From NCBI GenBank assembly GCA_951812955.1, contig OX638340.1, positions 2,112,001-2,176,000 of the forward strand: DNA of 64,000 nt, given 5' to 3'. This DNA comes from an uncultured Gemmatimonadota bacterium. GTDB lineage: Bacteria; JAAXHH01. Each line of letters starts with the position of its first letter. Positions within the stretch are counted from its first letter, which is position 1. Below are positions 1-9,091 of the stretch, piece by piece. Position numbers and translations under genes: made by a program. The notes under the pieces were generated by a model. The model was not told where the DNA came from. It saw only the letters and a program-made list of their open reading frames with translations, and ran no database searches.

Positions 1-589
1 ACCCATCGCCGGCGCGGTAGCGATTGGTGTTCTCGGCACAGCTTCCATCCGTGCCGTCCATGCCGATGAAATTGGGTATCGAGCCGCATACGGCGGCCGA
101 GACAGGGACATCGGTCCGGTTGGTCAGCACGTACCGGAACACAGCCACGGGCAGACCGCTGCGGTCGGCGTCGCATGGCACGAGGGGATTGAAGGCCTCC
201 AGCCGTACTTCGACTGGCACCTCGTCGTCGGAAAGGTGGACCTGGCCGAAGGGGTAGGCCGCGTCTAATGCGCATCGGGCAAACCGCGGCAAGCCGTGGT
301 TGGCGGCGGGACTTCCGCTGGCGCCTTCGTACTCGAAGTATTCGAGGGGTCCCTCGAGCAGACGCGTTACGGCATCGCCGCCCTCAGGCCGGGCGTACAA
401 CGTGAAGGACGGGGGGCTCCGGGTGTCCCGGCCCGGTATGAATCCCTTGGCCGGCCGGTTCATCAATTCCCAATCTCGAAGGTCGCCCCGTCCGCCCAGT
501 GAAACCGTACCCGTGCCGATCCCCCCGAGCGGCAAGGCGATTCGCGAGAGATGATCCTGGTCGTAATGATGTAGAACGGGCCACGTCAT
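1..589 (-). CDS. Partial CDS: N-terminal part of a glycoside hydrolase family 116-like protein (glucosylceramidase/beta-glucosidase-like). It continues beyond the left edge of the window.
   Basis: My own translation of the minus strand from ATG at 589..587 gives MTWPVLHHYDQDHLSRIALPLGGIGTGTVSLGGRGDLRDWELMNRPAKGF... with no stop before position 1. The LGGIGTG(T/S)(V/I) motif near the N-terminus is characteristic of the GH116 N-terminal domain. GAAGGGA lies ~10 nt upstream of the ATG. This ORF is not in the supplied track because it is open-ended. Confidence 0.5.
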   Translation of the reverse strand, partial: MTWPVLHHYDQDHLSRIALPLGGIGTGTVSLGGRGDLRDWELMNRPAKGFIPGRDTRSPPSFTLYARPEGGDAVTRLLEGPLEYFEYEGASGSPAANHGLPRFARCALDAAYPFGQVHLSDDEVPVEVRLEAFNPLVPCDADRSGLPVAVFRYVLTNRTDVPVSAAVCGSIPNFIGMDGTDGSCAENTNRYRAGDG

Positions 590-692
590 GGGTATTCGTC
601 CCTTCTGAATCACAGTTGAAATCGAATAGCGGTTCGAGTTCGCACAGGCTGATTGTTCGAAGTTTCGTGCGGGATCCGGTCTCGCTCCGGAT

Positions 693-2087
693 CTACCTGC
701 CCGCGGAAACCCGGCTCGACGAATCCCGCACCGGCTGATGGCGTCGCCGGTAATCCCGGAGCGCCGCCATCACCTTCGGAGAGAGCACCAGGGCCGAGAT
801 CATGGTGGGAATGGCCATCAGGGCGAACGTGCCGTCTATCAGGCTGATTGCGGCATCCAGCGAAGAGACCGACGCGAGGATGACGCATCCCACGTAGAAA
901 TAGTTGTACAGAAACTGGTACCTGGCTCCGATCAGGAATCCAAGGCACTTGGTACCATAATAGGAATAGGTGAAAATCGTACTCGCGCTGAAGAAGACCA
1001 CGCAGATGATCAGCATGTACGAACCGAAGCCCGGCATGGCGGATTCAAAGGCGTTTGACGTCAGCGTCACACCGTTGTCCGTTGTCGTCTGCCATACCCC
1101 GGTTATCATGATCACGAGCGCCGTGCAGGTACACACGATCATCGTGTCGATGACGGGCTCCAGCATGGCCACCATACCCTCCCGCGACGGTTCCTTGGTC
1201 TTCGTCGCGCCATGTACGAGGGACTCGGTTCCGATCCCCGCCTCGTTCGAGAATGCGGCCCGGCGCACGCCGGTGATGATGACCGCGCCCACGGCGCCGC
1301 CCGCCGCGGCTTCTCCAGTGAAGGCGTCGGTGATGATCAGCATCATGTACTGTGGAACGTCGCCTATGTTGAGCACGATGATCCAGAGGGCGCAGAACAT
1401 GTACAGGATCACCATGGCGGGAACGACGCGCGAGGCGACGTCGGCGATCCGGGTGATGCCGCCGAAGATGATGGTTCCCAGGATCAGTACCAGCACGATG
1501 CCGGCGGTGAGATCGAACCAGAAGTGATCTTCGCCCACCACGCCCATGGGTACGAAGATCACGTCGCGGATGATCTGCACCAGCTGGTTGACCTGGAACA
1601 GCGGCAGGCATCCTATTACGCCGACGACGGCGAAGAAGACGGCCAGCGGCTTCCAATGCCGGCCCAGTCCTTCCCGGACGACGTACATGGGTCCGCCCTG
1701 CGTTTTCCCGGCGCTGTCCTGCCCCCGGTACATGATCGCCAGGGAACAGGTAAAGAACTTGGTCGCGATACCGACGAGGGCGCTGACCCACATCCAGAAC
1801 ATGGCACCGGGCCCACCGACCGCGATGGCGACGGCCACACCGGAGATGTTGCCCATGCCGATGGTGGCCGCCAGCGCGCTGACCATCGCCTGAAAATGGG
1901 TAATGTCGCCGGTTTCGTTCGGGTCGTCGTATTTCCCGCGGATGATCTCGATCGCATGCTTGAAGTATCGGAACGGCATGAAGCGGGAGTATAGGAGAAG
2001 GAACAGCCCGCCGCCGATGAGCAGGTACAACAGGTACGACCAGGCAGTATCTGCGAACAGGACGATACCCCGTTCCACAAAATCCAT
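693..2087 (-). CDS. Alanine/glycine:cation symporter (AGCS family, TC 2.A.25)
   Basis: 464-aa polytopic membrane protein. The N-terminus MDFV...ETGDITHFQAMVSALAATIGMGNISGVAVAI and the overall layout are typical of sodium:alanine symporters. Confidence 0.85.
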   Translation of the reverse strand: MDFVERGIVLFADTAWSYLLYLLIGGGLFLLLYSRFMPFRYFKHAIEIIRGKYDDPNETGDITHFQAMVSALAATIGMGNISGVAVAIAVGGPGAMFWMWVSALVGIATKFFTCSLAIMYRGQDSAGKTQGGPMYVVREGLGRHWKPLAVFFAVVGVIGCLPLFQVNQLVQIIRDVIFVPMGVVGEDHFWFDLTAGIVLVLILGTIIFGGITRIADVASRVVPAMVILYMFCALWIIVLNIGDVPQYMMLIITDAFTGEAAAGGAVGAVIITGVRRAAFSNEAGIGTESLVHGATKTKEPSREGMVAMLEPVIDTMIVCTCTALVIMITGVWQTTTDNGVTLTSNAFESAMPGFGSYMLIICVVFFSASTIFTYSYYGTKCLGFLIGARYQFLYNYFYVGCVILASVSSLDAAISLIDGTFALMAIPTMISALVLSPKVMAALRDYRRRHQPVRDSSSRVSAGR

Positions 2088-2138
2088 GAATCGCCTCCTC
2101 TGTGGCGCGCTGCAATGATTAAAGGCTGTCTGTCGAAC

Positions 2139-3404
2139 CTATTTCTTGGTGAAGACCAGGGTCCCGCTGTTGAGCTGGGAGGTGTCCGGAACGTTGGCGG
2201 CGACGACCACTTCGCTGCGGGGTACCAGGAACACGGTATCGTTCCGCTTAACGGCCTGGAGGCCGGCGCTGTTCAACGCGACCGGCGCGTTGTAGTGGAC
2301 CAGCACACGCGTCCCGGGCGGTATCCGGGACCAGCGGCGGACCTGCCTGCCGTGCTTTATCGTGCCTCTCGGAAAAATGTAATAGGTGTCGGACCGCTTG
2401 TAGGCGGGACCGGCGATGTCGAAGGCCGTCGTCCCCTGTTCGATTACGGGCACGGTGGCTGTGACCGACTTGACGTCTTCGGTGCGATCGCGGTTGAGAA
2501 AGACCACGGTTCCGACCGGGATCCGGTCCCAGTTCCTGATCTGGTTCCCGCGCATGACCGTGCCGTTCGGAAAGCGGTAAACCGTCGTGGCTTCGTTATA
2601 TTCGCCCCGGGCGATACGCCAGGCCGAGTTGCGGCGGGTTATTACGTTTTCGGACAACTGGGCGACTTCGGCGTCGTACCTTCCACGGTCGACCAGGCGT
2701 ACTCTGGCGATATCGATGTCGGGATCGGGTATCAGCCGACCAGCACGCACATCCGGGTCGTAAAGTATACTGTTGCGCGGATCCTTCGAATCCAGCCCCG
2801 CCCTCGCCCGGCTGAAGTTAAACACCCCGGGATCCTTCTTGCGTCCGCGGTGGGGCCGCTTTACCCATTGGTTCGGCCTGCCATAGGCGACGCGGTAATG
2901 CTCCAGCACGTGGTGATCGGGTATCTTGTACACCCGCTGCATCACCTCGATCAGCCACTTGAGGGACTCGTACTGGGACGCGGTAAATGGGTCGTTATGG
3001 TACCCCACCAGTTCGATACCGATGGAATGACTGCTGATGTCCCTCAGCCCGTTCCACATGCTCAGGCCCGCATGATGCGAACGATACTGCTTGTTCAAAA
3101 TCCGATAAATGGTCCCGTTCCGGGCGACCAGGTAGTTGGAATGTCCCCTGCGGGAAAGCGTTCTCAGCGCGCTTCTCAGGCCCGATTCCGTGCTGTGCAA
3201 TACGACAAAGCGCGTGGATTTCCGGCGGCGTTTCTTGAAGGACCGGGGCAGGTGTTTCTGATAGTCTACAATCCTGGGGGTCGCCTGGTCTGCCTCGAGG
3301 ACTTCAGGTTCCAGGGAAACCGGCCAGAGCAGGGCCAGGCAGATGAGCCAGACCGGTGCATGGACCAGCGCGTGGTATCTGTACTTGTTTGGGATCAGGG
3401 CCAT
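2139..3404 (-). CDS. Secreted N-acetylmuramoyl-L-alanine amidase (Amidase_2/PGRP fold) with two C-terminal ~28-aa repeats (SH3-like or peptidoglycan-binding).
   Basis: N-terminal signal peptide. Amidase_2-type motifs VVLHSTESG, SHHAG and HSIGIELVG. Internal repeat RFPNGTVMRGNQIRNWDRIPVGTVVFL / IFPRGTIKHGRQVRRWSRIPPGTRVLV. Confidence 0.75.
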   Translation of the reverse strand: MALIPNKYRYHALVHAPVWLICLALLWPVSLEPEVLEADQATPRIVDYQKHLPRSFKKRRRKSTRFVVLHSTESGLRSALRTLSRRGHSNYLVARNGTIYRILNKQYRSHHAGLSMWNGLRDISSHSIGIELVGYHNDPFTASQYESLKWLIEVMQRVYKIPDHHVLEHYRVAYGRPNQWVKRPHRGRKKDPGVFNFSRARAGLDSKDPRNSILYDPDVRAGRLIPDPDIDIARVRLVDRGRYDAEVAQLSENVITRRNSAWRIARGEYNEATTVYRFPNGTVMRGNQIRNWDRIPVGTVVFLNRDRTEDVKSVTATVPVIEQGTTAFDIAGPAYKRSDTYYIFPRGTIKHGRQVRRWSRIPPGTRVLVHYNAPVALNSAGLQAVKRNDTVFLVPRSEVVVAANVPDTSQLNSGTLVFTKK

Positions 3405-3499
3405 CGTGTGAGTATGTTAATGCACATACTTTAATTTTTGTACTGCTTTTTACAATACCACTACTCAGGCGAAGCAACCCGTCGACTGGGCAAGGTCCG

Positions 3500-4633
3500 C
3501 TACCAGTTCGTAAAGGATCCATCCTCGCGCTGCAGCGTGTGGCCCCGGGCCGGGCGGTACGGAAGACGTTTCGCCGCATCTTCGTCGAATTCCAACCCCA
3601 GCCCCGGACGGCCGGGCGGAAGCAGATATCCTTCCTTCCATTCGACCTGGACGGGAAAGATCTCCGGGAGCATGCCCGGCAGTATAGGCAATTCCTGCAC
3701 GGCGAAGTTCGATGACGCGAGGCTCAGGTGCAGGCAGGCCGCCGTGGACACGGGGCCAAGCGGGTTGTGCGGCGCCAGGTCGATGTAGTGGGTCTCGCAC
3801 CAGCCCGCGACCTTACGCGCCTCGGTCAGTCCGCCCACGAGGCATAGGTCTACCCGGGCGTAGTTGATCAGGTCTTCCTCGATCAGTTCCCGGAATTCCC
3901 ACTTGCTGGTGAAGTGCTCGCCGACGCCGAGCGGCACGGCAACGTGCTGTCTGAGCATCCGGTAGGACGACTTGTTCTCGGAACGCAGGGGGTCTTCGAT
4001 GAAAAAGGGCCGGAAGGATTCGACGGCACGGCAGAAGGCGATCGCATCGGGTGGATCAAGACGGGTATGGACATCGCAGATCAGTTCGACGTCGTCGCCC
4101 AGGGCTTCTCTTAGCGCCTTGAACTGCGCGATGCCCTCGCGCACCGCCCTTGTGGGCTCCAATACCTCGCCTTCGTGGGGCAGCCCCCAGCGGATGAACT
4201 TCCATCCGTCTTCCACCCTGCCCTGCGCCTGGCTGACCAGTTCCTCGGAAGGGCCGTCGCCGCCGCAATGCGTATAGCAGACCACCTTGTCCCGGCACCT
4301 GCCGCCGAGCAACTCGTAAACGGGAACGCCGAGCGCTTTACCGTGGATATCCCAGAGGGCGATGTCGATAGCGCTGACCGCGGCGGACAGGGCGTGGGCG
4401 CCGGGGAAAAAACCGCCGCGGAACATCACCTGCCACAGGTGTTCCCTGCGGATCGGATCCTGGCCGACGAACCGGTCCCGGAGGGCGAGGACGATCTCCC
4501 GGACGGCCAACTCGCACCAGGTCAGGCCGCTTTCACCGATCCCGTAGATACCTTCGTCCGTCTCCACCTTGACGAAAAGGTAGTTTCGGTTTCCACCCCA
4601 GACCGGGAAGACTTTAATGTCGGAAATGCGCAT
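3500..4633 (-). CDS. Enolase-superfamily dehydratase (mandelate racemase/muconate lactonizing enzyme family, D-galactonate dehydratase-like).
   Basis: MRISDIKVF...NYLFVKVETDEGIYGIGE N-terminal capping domain followed by a TIM-barrel domain with acidic metal ligands. The size of 377 aa is typical. Confidence 0.8.
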   Translation of the reverse strand: MRISDIKVFPVWGGNRNYLFVKVETDEGIYGIGESGLTWCELAVREIVLALRDRFVGQDPIRREHLWQVMFRGGFFPGAHALSAAVSAIDIALWDIHGKALGVPVYELLGGRCRDKVVCYTHCGGDGPSEELVSQAQGRVEDGWKFIRWGLPHEGEVLEPTRAVREGIAQFKALREALGDDVELICDVHTRLDPPDAIAFCRAVESFRPFFIEDPLRSENKSSYRMLRQHVAVPLGVGEHFTSKWEFRELIEEDLINYARVDLCLVGGLTEARKVAGWCETHYIDLAPHNPLGPVSTAACLHLSLASSNFAVQELPILPGMLPEIFPVQVEWKEGYLLPPGRPGLGLEFDEDAAKRLPYRPARGHTLQREDGSFTNW

Positions 4634-4715
4634 GGGTATCGCAGGCTCCCAAGCCGTGCCGGAAGCCTGCCGGTTATTCCTTGCCGGGAACCTGCTCCCT
4701 GTGCCTTGCCGAAGC

Positions 4716-5288
4716 CTACTCCTCGGGCTCGAAGTCCAGGGAAGCGGAATTCATGCAGTACCTGAGTCCCGTGGGCTTCGGTCCGTCGGTAAATACGTGG
4801 CCCAGGTGGGAATCGCATCGCTTGCACAACACCTCGGTGCGGACCATGCCGAAACTGCGATCCGTTTTCTCGTCGATGTTCTCGTCGGCGACCGGCTCGT
4901 AGAAACTGGGCCAGCCCGTGCCCGAATTGAACTTGGTCCTGGACGAGAAGAGCGGCGTTCCGCAACCGATACACTTGTAGATACCGTCTTCGTAGTGCCT
5001 GTCGTATTTGCCGGAAAAGGCCCGTTCCGTGCCATTCTCCCGGGCAATGGCGTACTGCTGGTCGGTGAGTCGCTCTTTCCATTCTTCTTCGGTCCTGACT
5101 ACTTTTTCCACCGTAACAGCTCCTTTCTTCGTTCCGTCGGAAGCGACCTCGACGATGGTCACTTTCTCTGCGGGGCCGGACTTGCCCTGTGCCGCTGCTT
5201 CGTCCTGTTTCGCCATGCCCGAATCGCACGCGGCAATGAAAACGAACGCGGCTACGAACGCGACTACGTTTACAATCATTCTGTACAT
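4716..5288 (-). CDS. msrB: Peptide-methionine (R)-S-oxide reductase MsrB, lipoprotein form.
   Basis: Lipobox IAAC after a hydrophobic leader. SelR/MsrB zinc and catalytic motifs [11 protein letters not shown] ... [12 protein letters not shown] ... [11 protein letters not shown]. Confidence 0.85.
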   Translation of the reverse strand: MYRMIVNVVAFVAAFVFIAACDSGMAKQDEAAAQGKSGPAEKVTIVEVASDGTKKGAVTVEKVVRTEEEWKERLTDQQYAIARENGTERAFSGKYDRHYEDGIYKCIGCGTPLFSSRTKFNSGTGWPSFYEPVADENIDEKTDRSFGMVRTEVLCKRCDSHLGHVFTDGPKPTGLRYCMNSASLDFEPEE

Positions 5289-5421
5289 GACACCACCTCC
5301 CGGTCAACGAAGGTACATCTGCAGGCCGGGGCCAGTCGCGACCGGCAGAAACCGGCCGGTACGGACAGACGCAGGCAGGGGCCGGCATGGTCCGACAGAA
5401 ACCGGCCGGTGCGGACCGGCG

Positions 5422-6738
5422 CTATCCGGTTCCCGTCTCCTGCATGAGCGCCGCCTCGGTCGTGGAAATTCCAGGGACGGGGAAACCTTTGCATAGATCC
5501 CTGACCTCGTCATGGATCGACGAAAGTGCTTCGTCGTTTCCGTGGTTCTCGATCGCCCTGTCGATCCACCCGGCGATCATCTTCATTTCGGGTTCCATCA
5601 TACCCCGCGTCGTGGCCGCCGGCGTACCTATACGGATCCCGCTCGGGCTGAATGGCGATCTCGTATCGTAGGGTACCGTGTTCTTGTTCACGGTCAGCCC
5701 GGCCTTGTCGAGGGCGGTTTCGGCATCTTTTCCTATGATGCCCTTGCTGGTCAGATCCACCAGCACGAGATGGTTGTCGGTCCCGCCGGAAACGAGATCG
5801 AAACCATGCCCGATCAGCGATTCGGCCAGGGTCTTCGCATTGTCCACGATCTGGCGGGCGTAGTCCTTGAACTCCGGCTGCATGGCCTCCTTGAAGGTCA
5901 GCGCTTTGGCGGCCGTGATATGATCGTGGGGGCCGCCTTGAAGTCCGGGGAATACGGCCCGGTCGATATCCTTCGCGTATTTCTTATGGCACATGATGAT
6001 CGCGCTGCGCGGACCGCGCAGCGTCTTGTGCGTCGTTGTCGTAACCACGTCGGTGAAGGGCAATGGACTGGGATGGACGCCGCCCACGATGAGACCCGAT
6101 ATATGGGAAATATCCGCCATGGGAATGGCTCCGGCCTCGTCGGCGATGGACTTGAAGGCCTCGAAGTCGAACTGGCGCGGATAGGCCGTGGCACCCGAGA
6201 TGATCAACTTCGGACGGTGTTCGAGGGCCAGATCGCGGACCTCGTCCATGTCGATGCGGCCCGAATCCTTTCGAACCCCGTAGGAAACCACGTTATAGGA
6301 CTTGCCGGAGTAGTTGACATGCAGCCCGTGGGTCAGGTGGCCGCCCTGGTCGAGTTTCATGCCCATGATCGTGTCGCCGTAGTCCAGCAGGCCGAACATG
6401 ACTGCGGTATTGGCCGGACTGCCCGAATAGCACTGGACGTTTACGTGCTCGGCGCCGAAGAGTTCCTTCGCCCGCCTGCGGGCCAGGTTTTCGATCTTGT
6501 CGATGTATTGCTGGCCGCCATAGTACCGCTTGCCCGGATACCCCTCCGAGTACTTGTTGGTCAGCACGGAGCCCATGGCTTCCAGGATGGCCGGCGAAAC
6601 ATAGTTCTCCGACGGGATGAGTTCAATGCCGTCCCGCTGCCGTTCGCGCTCGGCGATCAACAGGTCGTACAGCACTTCGTCTCGTTGCCTTACGGCGGAA
6701 AACTCCTGCATGATCGACTCCATGTCACGGTCCACCAA
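5422..6738 (-). CDS. glyA: Serine hydroxymethyltransferase
   Basis: IELIPSENYVSPAILEAMGSVLTNKYSEGYPGKRYYGG and the PLP-lysine region VVTTTTHKTLRGPR are canonical SHMT sequences. Confidence 0.95.
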   Translation of the reverse strand: MVDRDMESIMQEFSAVRQRDEVLYDLLIAERERQRDGIELIPSENYVSPAILEAMGSVLTNKYSEGYPGKRYYGGQQYIDKIENLARRRAKELFGAEHVNVQCYSGSPANTAVMFGLLDYGDTIMGMKLDQGGHLTHGLHVNYSGKSYNVVSYGVRKDSGRIDMDEVRDLALEHRPKLIISGATAYPRQFDFEAFKSIADEAGAIPMADISHISGLIVGGVHPSPLPFTDVVTTTTHKTLRGPRSAIIMCHKKYAKDIDRAVFPGLQGGPHDHITAAKALTFKEAMQPEFKDYARQIVDNAKTLAESLIGHGFDLVSGGTDNHLVLVDLTSKGIIGKDAETALDKAGLTVNKNTVPYDTRSPFSPSGIRIGTPAATTRGMMEPEMKMIAGWIDRAIENHGNDEALSSIHDEVRDLCKGFPVPGISTTEAALMQETGTG

Positions 6739-7116
6739 AAACCCTGCGGCCTACGGATTCATGGTAAGAAATCCGAAAGAGACTCGCAAGCAAAAAGGGA
6801 CGGGATTGCCCTGGTCCGGCGCAGTTGACAGGGTGCGTTTCCTCAGTGCATTCGGGTGCAGTCCGAACGATGAGACATGAATCGATCAGCTGGATTTCAA
6901 AGATGGGTTGATCTCGAATGAAAGCACAACGGAGACCATATTGCTGAAATTCAATTCGAGATATTCGCGTAGTTCTACACTATATTACATACATCATGCT
7001 CCATCAGTGGCCACGCTAAGACATCTCCGGTGAGCGTCGGTCGGCACATATTTGTTGGAAGACGTCATTGCTTTTATATTTGGGGTATGTCATCAACCCA
7101 CCGCGAAGGAGTCGAA

Positions 7117-7323
7117 ATGTCAGGACAAGATCCACTGGAAGTACCATCGACCCGGTGGGACTTCCTCGTCGAACGCCTGAACAAGATCGACAACCGTCTC
7201 TCTTCCCTCGAAAATGCCCAGAAACATGTCGCAACGAAGATGTGGGTCGTCGGAACCGGGCTGACGACCATCGTCGTTCTCACCGGACTGATCATCAACC
7301 TGCTCAATTACCTCAAGCCCTGA
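7117..7323 (+). CDS. Small single-pass membrane protein, XhlA-like architecture (N-terminal coiled-coil and C-terminal TM helix); hypothetical.
   Basis: The track ORF 7030..7323 is trimmed to the internal ATG at 7117, which is preceded by GGAG. The product is MSGQDPLEV...FLVERLNKIDNRLSSLENAQKHVATKMWVVGTGLTTIVVLTGLIINLL. Confidence 0.4.
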   Translation: MSGQDPLEVPSTRWDFLVERLNKIDNRLSSLENAQKHVATKMWVVGTGLTTIVVLTGLIINLLNYLKP

Positions 7324-7339
7324 TCCGCGCTTCGAAACT

Positions 7340-8824
7340 TTATTTCTGCAGCATGCCCGCGGCGCTGACGACGAAGGCCGATAGAAGCACCACCGTGGAG
7401 ACGACCCCGAGGACGAGCATGGCGGGCCGGGTCCGGTAGGCCGGAGGCAATTTGAAATTCAGGTAGACCGCCGCGAAGCAGACCAGGCCCACGCCCATGT
7501 TGGTCGCCAGAAGGGCAACGATCTGCGTGATCAGGTCGAAGGTGATGTCGCTCCAGATCGCCACGGAGGATGAGATGAAGAACCAGATCACGATGAAAGC
7601 CTGCAGCTTGCGGTAGGAATAAGACGCGAAACGCGGCCAGACTGCCGTGAGGAACTCGTGGGCGAACCGGGTCAAGGCTTCCGGTATGGTAGCCAGCGTA
7701 CCCCAGAGAGCCGCGAGAATGGCCACGTAGTACACCGGGATAAGGGCGGCGTGGATCTGCGCCCAGATGGAAGACTGTCTCGTAAGTAGGTCCCACGCGT
7801 TGCCGGGAAGGATCGTCTGCCGCGGGTAAAGCACGACCGCGCCCGCGATCATGAAGGCGGCCGTGACGATGAAGAGCACGAGCGCCCCCATGGATACGTC
7901 CCACTTGAGGGGTGAGAGCAGTACGCGCATGCGCTTCACCTGGGATGGATCCTCCCTAAGGTAGTTGATCTTCAGCGTGCCGTCAATCCGGTCGCCAAGC
8001 CGCTTCATTACCGGGTTTCCAGTCAGGCCCCAGCCCCGGTGAGCTACCCAGCCGGAATAGGCCAGGTAAGTACTCAGCGTGCCCCCCACGTAGCCGAACA
8101 CCGTGACCAGGTTCAGGAAGTAATCGTTCCGCGCGGCCGACGGCGCCCAGTCGGGGGCTGCGGGCAGGTTCCCGATGGACAGCGTTCCGAAGAGGATGGC
8201 GCCGATACTCGGCCAGACGATGATCGTGGCCACGATCGTGCCGGTCACCAGGATGCCGCAGATGATGATCTGCTGCTTTTCGAGGATGTCGTAGGAGGTA
8301 AGCAGGCTCAGGCCGATGGCCAGTCCCAGGAACACCGTGGTAACCAGGTTCTCCCAGAACGTATCCGTCGGGCCCACAGGCAGCGAATCCGTGAAGATAT
8401 GGACAACGAGATTCCCGCAGGGCTTGGCGACTGCCGTCAAGGCGATGCTCAGGGCGAGCAGTTCGATGGTCAACAGCGTCAGGATGAACCAGCCCCTGGG
8501 ACCGGGCAACTTCGCCAGCATGCGGCCGAAAGGTTGGCCGCTCACCGCCGTAAACCGCCCCAGCAGGTACGTCACCGCAACGCCCTTGACGAGCACGCTC
8601 AGCAGGATCAGCCAAAGCAGGCCGTATTCGGCCCAGGCGCCAACGCCGGTGACCAGAATGGTCTCCCCCGCGCCTACCGCCATGGACGCCACCAGCGCGG
8701 CGGGCCCGAAGAAGCCCAGCATATGCTTGAACTTCTTCCAGGACCACGGTTCCGTGTAGACGCCGGTGGGCTCAGGTATGGACAGTATTTCGGAGGATCC
8801 GGCCGATTCTTCGTCTTTGTTCAT
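7340..8824 (-). CDS. Polytopic membrane transporter, Nramp-family-like (divalent metal transporter-like). The assignment is tentative.
   Basis: About 11-12 predicted TM segments. The N-terminal region FGPAALVASMAVGAGETILVTGVGAWAEYGLLWLILL...LLGRFTAVSG resembles the Nramp core but has GAGE in place of DPGN. The track ORF begins at a TTG at 8848; the first ATG is at 8824. Confidence 0.45.
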   Translation of the reverse strand: MNKDEESAGSSEILSIPEPTGVYTEPWSWKKFKHMLGFFGPAALVASMAVGAGETILVTGVGAWAEYGLLWLILLSVLVKGVAVTYLLGRFTAVSGQPFGRMLAKLPGPRGWFILTLLTIELLALSIALTAVAKPCGNLVVHIFTDSLPVGPTDTFWENLVTTVFLGLAIGLSLLTSYDILEKQQIIICGILVTGTIVATIIVWPSIGAILFGTLSIGNLPAAPDWAPSAARNDYFLNLVTVFGYVGGTLSTYLAYSGWVAHRGWGLTGNPVMKRLGDRIDGTLKINYLREDPSQVKRMRVLLSPLKWDVSMGALVLFIVTAAFMIAGAVVLYPRQTILPGNAWDLLTRQSSIWAQIHAALIPVYYVAILAALWGTLATIPEALTRFAHEFLTAVWPRFASYSYRKLQAFIVIWFFISSSVAIWSDITFDLITQIVALLATNMGVGLVCFAAVYLNFKLPPAYRTRPAMLVLGVVSTVVLLSAFVVSAAGMLQK

Positions 8825-9091
8825 GGAAATGAAATGATAAGAACACAAAGCCGTTACATCAAGTGTTTATACTGGCACTGGATTTTCCGACCGGCCGGAA
8901 CGCACAACAGGTTATGAAGACCGCCATGCGGAACCTGCATTACCCGTACATTCCGGTTCATAAATCCCTGTTTCGACTGGACTGCTCGTTGTATAATCAT
9001 CCCATAACCACTACGTACTGAGACTCGGATAGCCCCATGTCAATCCGGGTGTTTTCAGATCCTGATCCGGCTGAAGAAAGGAAGCCAATTG

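Noticed and set aside
1045-3434. Overlapping long ORFs 1045..2115(-), 1212..1994(+) and 2115..3434(+)
   Set aside because: They are alternate or antisense frames of the AGCS symporter and the amidase. Translations are dominated by R/H/G/D runs.
5512-6828. 438-aa plus-strand ORF exactly mirroring glyA
   Set aside because: Antisense of a canonical SHMT; no motifs.
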